DNA from: Vulcanimicrobiota bacterium
GTDB lineage: Bacteria > Vulcanimicrobiota > Vulcanimicrobiia > Vulcanimicrobiales > Vulcanimicrobiaceae
NCBI GenBank assembly: GCA_963714015.1
Contig: OY970223.1
Span: 1,344,001-1,408,000 of the forward strand
DNA: 64,000 nt
Direction of reading: 5' to 3'
The position numbers and the translations under genes are program-made. Shown here one piece after another: positions 59,832 through 64,000 of the stretch. The notes beneath the pieces were generated by a model. That model was not told the origin of the DNA. It saw only the letters and a program-made list of their open reading frames with translations, and searched no databases. Position 1 is the stretch's first letter; the number at the start of each line of letters is the position of its first letter.

Positions 59832-61228
59832 CCGAAGATCAAATCGCGTTTTCGGACGCGATCGAGCTCGGTCAACTCGTTGCAAAAAAATCCGTATCGT
59901 CCGTCGAACTGACGAATCTCTATCTGAAAAGGCTGGAGAAGTACGGACACGTGTACGGGGCCGTCGTGACGATCATGCACGATCGCGGCTTACGAGAGGC
60001 GCGTGCTGCCGACAAAGATCTCGCCGCCGGCAACCGGCGCAGTGCGCTGCACGGCGTTCCCTACGGAATCAAGGATTTGATGGCCGCGGTGGGAGCGCCG
60101 ACGACTTGGGGCGCCGCACCGTACCGCAACCAAGTGTTCGATTACGATGCGACCGTCGTCAAACGCCTGCAATCGGCAGGGGCGGTACTCTGCGCGAAAC
60201 TCGCGATGGTGGAGCTCGCCGGCGGATTCGGTTACAACGAAGCCGACGCGTCGTTCACCGGACCGGGGCGTACGCCGTGGAACCGGAATTTTTGGAGCGG
60301 CGGATCGTCCAGCGGTCCCGGAGCTGCAACGGCCGCCGGCCTCGTCGGCTTTTCGATCGGCTCCGAAACGAACGGATCGATCATGAACCCGTCGGCGTTT
60401 TGCGGCGTCTCCGGTTTGCGCCCGACGTACGGACGGGTCAGCCGCCACGGCGCGATGGCGCTGATGTGGACGTCCGACAAACTGGGTCCGATCTGCCGGT
60501 CCGCGCGTGACGCCGAGACGTTGCTGCGCATTATTGCGGGACACGATCCGAACGACCGCACGTCGATGGACAAGCCGTTTCCCACGATTCCCACACGCCG
60601 TCCCAAGGTCGGCGTCGTGAAGGACGCAGCGGCGAAGACTCAGCCGGAAGTCGTCGCCAATTTCGAAGCTTCGCTCTCGGTTCTGCGGCAGTTTTGCGAC
60701 GTTACCCCGGTCGTTGCGCTTCCGAAAGGCGACTATACCGACGTCTTTACGGCGATCTTCAACGGCGAATGCGCGTCGGCGTTTCGTGATTTGATCGAAA
60801 GCGGCCGAGCCCGAGAGCTGCAGTCGCCGTCGGACAAACTCGGCGGCTACGCCGTGTACGGTTCGCTGGCCGTCGATTACGTCGACGGTATGCGCTTGCG
60901 CGGACTGCTCAATGAGGGTGTGGTCCGGGCGATGGAGCCTTACGATGCGCTCGTGCATCCGTCGCAGTCGACCGTGGCGCTGCCGATCGATCTGCCCTTC
61001 GACAAGGCGTATCCGAAGTATCCGGGCGTCGTCGACATGGGAAGTATCGGCAATCTGCCCGGGCTGCCGTCGATCAATCTCCCCAATGGATTAGGAGAGA
61101 ATCATCTGCCGACCGGTCTTGCGCTGCTCGGAAAGTCGTGGGGAGAGATGCAGCTCACTCAGATCGCCAAAGCATATCAGGAGCGCACGGCATTTCACCT
61201 GCATCATCCTAGCCTTGTGACCAGCTGA
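59828..61228 (+). CDS. Amidase signature family enzyme
   Basis: GIKD (Lys), GGSSSG, GSETNGSI, GLRPTYG. Confidence 0.93.
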   Translation: MTEDQIAFSDAIELGQLVAKKSVSSVELTNLYLKRLEKYGHVYGAVVTIMHDRGLREARAADKDLAAGNRRSALHGVPYGIKDLMAAVGAPTTWGAAPYRNQVFDYDATVVKRLQSAGAVLCAKLAMVELAGGFGYNEADASFTGPGRTPWNRNFWSGGSSSGPGAATAAGLVGFSIGSETNGSIMNPSAFCGVSGLRPTYGRVSRHGAMALMWTSDKLGPICRSARDAETLLRIIAGHDPNDRTSMDKPFPTIPTRRPKVGVVKDAAAKTQPEVVANFEASLSVLRQFCDVTPVVALPKGDYTDVFTAIFNGECASAFRDLIESGRARELQSPSDKLGGYAVYGSLAVDYVDGMRLRGLLNEGVVRAMEPYDALVHPSQSTVALPIDLPFDKAYPKYPGVVDMGSIGNLPGLPSINLPNGLGENHLPTGLALLGKSWGEMQLTQIAKAYQERTAFHLHHPSLVTS

Positions 61229-61229
61229 G

Positions 61230-62063
61230 TTGGGCGTCGCCCTCGGTCTGCTGGCGGCGGCGTTCTACGGCGCCGCCGACTTTTTGGGCGCGCTTGCGAG
61301 TAAACGCGCGTCGGTGTTTTCCGTCGTCATCGTCGCGCAGCTGGTCGGATTTGCAGGCCTGTGCGCCGTGCTGCCGTTTTTTCCCGGGCATTTTACGCGC
61401 GCCGGAGCGTTGTACGGCGCTGCCGGCGGCATTTGCGGCGGTATCGGCATCGCGCTGCTTTACTACGCGCTTTCGATCGGAAAGATGGGCGTAGTCTCTC
61501 CGATTACCGCCGTGCTCGCAGCGGCCGTGCCGGTGTTCGTGGGCGTGTTTGCGCGCGGCGAGCACCTTACAGTTCTGAAATCCGCCGGAATCGCCGTCGC
61601 AATCGTTGCGATCGCACTGATCTCCCTCTCGCCGGCTGAGCGCGGCATGGGCTTTTCGAGCCGCGGCGTACCACAAGCCGTTGCTTCGGGCTTAACGCTG
61701 AGCGGGTTCTACGTTTTCTTGGCGCTTGCGGGCCGGAGCGCCGGCCTTTATCCGTTGCTCTGCGCGCGCTTGGCTTCAGCCGCGTTGCTTTTTGCGGGCG
61801 GCATCGTTCGCCGCAGCAATCTGAGACTTCAGCGAGATGTCCTGCGCGTCGTCATCTATGCCGGGATATTGGACATGGCGGCTAACGCGTTCTACGTGTA
61901 CGCTTCGTACGCCGGCTATCTGGCGATCGCCGCGGTGCTGACCTCGTTCTATCCCGGCGCGACGGTGTTCTTGGCGCGCTTCGTGATGGGCGAACGCCTC
62001 GCCGCGATTCAAAAAATCGGCGTGGTTCTCGCCCTCGCCGGCGTTGCTTTCATTGCTGCCTAA
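61230..62063 (+). CDS. EamA/DMT family transporter
   Basis: About 10 TM segments, two EamA repeats ending GE.L. Confidence 0.9.
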   Translation: MGVALGLLAAAFYGAADFLGALASKRASVFSVVIVAQLVGFAGLCAVLPFFPGHFTRAGALYGAAGGICGGIGIALLYYALSIGKMGVVSPITAVLAAAVPVFVGVFARGEHLTVLKSAGIAVAIVAIALISLSPAERGMGFSSRGVPQAVASGLTLSGFYVFLALAGRSAGLYPLLCARLASAALLFAGGIVRRSNLRLQRDVLRVVIYAGILDMAANAFYVYASYAGYLAIAAVLTSFYPGATVFLARFVMGERLAAIQKIGVVLALAGVAFIAA

Positions 62064-62928
62064 ACGAAATACCCTGACGGTTCAGGAGCGGGCTTTGATG
62101 CGCACCAGACTGGGATGCGTGGATGTACCGGGCGATCTCTTCCCGAGCCAGGCCGTCGACGTTGAGAAGCTCGAGTTCGTAGGCGTCGCGGCGCTGAGAA
62201 TCCCGAACGGCGGTCACGACCCGCGCGCGAATCTTGAGCTCCTGGAACGGGCGGCGCAAATACTTGCGTGGAACGCGGCGATAGCCGAACGGACCGGGAA
62301 CCAATTCGTCGTCATTGCCTTTGTGAACGTCGAGCAACGCGTCGGAGAGCCGGAACGCGAGCTGAAGGACTGTATTGTTCTTCAGCGCCTCGTCGCAGCG
62401 AAGGCGCAGCGAATTCCCGGTCACGTCACAGCCGGTGCCCGAACGGAGCACCGCGCGCGGATCCTCGGCGCGATAGATGACCGGAAACTCCTCCGGAACG
62501 CGATATCCCGTGAATTGCGAGATGTCGACCAGCGAGGTGTCGTAGCTGCGAGCCGAGGAAGCCCGGCGTTGAAGCATCGCCGCTTCTTTCGCCAGCGCGT
62601 CGGCGTCGGCGCCGGGCAGCTCCTCCAAGGCTATGGCGTACTCGAATCCCACCCCGCCGTTACGCGGCGCATACTGGGCCGCAACGACGCCGGTCAAATT
62701 CAGCGCTCTTCCATCGCTCAAACGCCAATCGAACGATAGCGCCGTTCCGCGATCCATGCGCATCCACGAACGCATGCGGGCCCCGGCCACGGCGATGTGC
62801 AGGAGCGTACCTTGGATCGGCTCCGCGATGCCGCGCAGCCGAAACTTGATAGGTACGTCGAACGTCGCACGGGCAGGGTCCGTCTGCTTGACGTCGAGAG
62901 GCGGTTTGTTTTTGCCGAGCCAGGCCAT
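62050..62928 (-). CDS. Tandem PilZ-like domain protein (degenerate motifs); true stop possibly at 62082
   Basis: R..FDVP...GTLLHIAVAGARM and YRVP..FP...GCDVTGNSLRL resemble PilZ strands; removing a62109 gives ...ASQLVRIKARS*. Confidence 0.6.
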   Translation of the reverse strand: MAWLGKNKPPLDVKQTDPARATFDVPIKFRLRGIAEPIQGTLLHIAVAGARMRSWMRMDRGTALSFDWRLSDGRALNLTGVVAAQYAPRNGGVGFEYAIALEELPGADADALAKEAAMLQRRASSARSYDTSLVDISQFTGYRVPEEFPVIYRAEDPRAVLRSGTGCDVTGNSLRLRCDEALKNNTVLQLAFRLSDALLDVHKGNDDELVPGPFGYRRVPRKYLRRPFQELKIRARVVTAVRDSQRRDAYELELLNVDGLAREEIARYIHASQSGAHQSPLLNRQGISFRQQ

Positions 62929-63005
62929 TGGCTCTAGCGTACTATGGCCCGCTTGGTTTTACTACAGGTTGACGTAATCTTAATGCGGCCGAACGCCGAA
63001 CAGCC

Positions 63006-63998
63006 TTAGAGGGTGGACCACACGTCGAGCTTCCGCTTGACCCGATCAATGACTCCGTCGGTGAATTCAGTTGTGGCGGAGTGGCCGCCCAAATCGCTGG
63101 TCGCAAGGCCGCTGTGGACCGCCTCGAGTGTCGACTCGTAAATGGCGCGCGAGGCATTCTGCGCCCGTTTGTCTTCCATATAAGAGAGCAGGGCCGCCGA
63201 CGCAAGGATCATCGCCATCGGATTGGCCACGTTCTTGCCGAATAGCCGCGGCGCGGTGCCGTGCGGTGCTTCCGCCATCACTACGGCGGTGCGCAACTCG
63301 TCATCAAACGACAGAAGCACCGATTCTGCTCCGGCGATCGAACCGAAGAGCTGCATCACCAGATCCGAAAGGCAGTCGCCGTCGCGATTGAGCGAAGGAA
63401 TCACCATGGCGCTCTCCCCGTCGCTGCTTAGCAGCAGCGCGTACGTTGCGTCGATCAGCTGGGGTTCGTACGGAACTTGCGTATGGCGCTGCGCTGCGGC
63501 ATCCATCTCTTCTTTAAGCATGCCTTCGTAGATCGGGCTGACGGTGTACTTCGGGCCGCCGAACACTTTGGCGCGCATTTTTTCCGCATGCACGAATGCG
63601 TATTCTGCAACGAACCGGCACACGGCGCGTTCGATCGCCTCCGTGCGGTAAGCGATCTCGTGAGCTCCTTCGCCTTCGCGCCACTCTTTTGCACCGTACG
63701 CATCTCCGACTGCCATGCGCACGACGGAGATCGGCGCGTGAATGCCGGCCACCGGCCGAACGCCCGGCAGACGCCGGCCCGTACGCACGATGACTTTCCC
63801 CTCGATTTCCCGCCGTAGGATCGCATTAGGCGAACCAACGTCGCCTTTGGTTTCCGGTGTGATCGTCGCGGCTTTCAAACCGTACCGCGCGCGCTTCATC
63901 GCCGCAGCTGCTTCGTGTACGACGCCGTTCTGCGTCCGGCGGCGGTTCTGCAGCGACAGATCGTACCGCTCGAAATTCAGCTCGACGTCTATGACGGC
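63006..63998 (-). CDS. Isocitrate/isopropylmalate dehydrogenase family protein (5' end lies outside the window)
   Basis: GLKAATITP, SPNAILR, NRDGDCLSD, EAPHGTAP, ANPMAMIL, TSDLGG; frame is open to the window edge. Confidence 0.9.
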   Translation of the reverse strand, partial: AVIDVELNFERYDLSLQNRRRTQNGVVHEAAAAMKRARYGLKAATITPETKGDVGSPNAILRREIEGKVIVRTGRRLPGVRPVAGIHAPISVVRMAVGDAYGAKEWREGEGAHEIAYRTEAIERAVCRFVAEYAFVHAEKMRAKVFGGPKYTVSPIYEGMLKEEMDAAAQRHTQVPYEPQLIDATYALLLSSDGESAMVIPSLNRDGDCLSDLVMQLFGSIAGAESVLLSFDDELRTAVVMAEAPHGTAPRLFGKNVANPMAMILASAALLSYMEDKRAQNASRAIYESTLEAVHSGLATSDLGGHSATTEFTDGVIDRVKRKLDVWSTL

Positions 63999-64000
63999 TC

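Overview
GC-rich bacterial chromosomal segment. Gene content and style suggest a diderm Terrabacteria lineage such as Ca. Eremiobacterota/Vulcanimicrobiota (inference only). No rRNA, tRNA, CRISPR array, transposase or prophage gene was seen. Housekeeping blocks: bioA-bioF-bioD-bioB, Arg/Lys/Orn decarboxylase, tmk-holB, mtnP, ychF, gdhA, lpdA-lipB-lipA, mutY-nth, scoAB, dnaK-grpE-dnaJ, htrA, a Yip1-TolC-MFP-MacB-type exporter operon, rnj, an amidase and a partial isocitrate/isopropylmalate dehydrogenase. Main observations: (1) five single-base insertions each sit in the middle of an AG^CT site and a sixth frame break lies on an intact AGCT, which suggests an AGCT DNA modification or cleavage signature; (2) a 37.7-43.3 kb locus combines three paralogous secreted two-cysteine beta-sandwich proteins, an ABC exporter, a LuxR-type regulator, a free-standing copy of that regulator's N-terminal domain and an atypical response regulator; (3) a secreted Lys/Ala-rich repeat protein (Asr-like) sits behind an attenuator-like leader; (4) three long inverted-repeat elements begin at or near stop codons; (5) ECF-sigma-type promoters precede dnaK, htrA and the Yip1/TolC operon.
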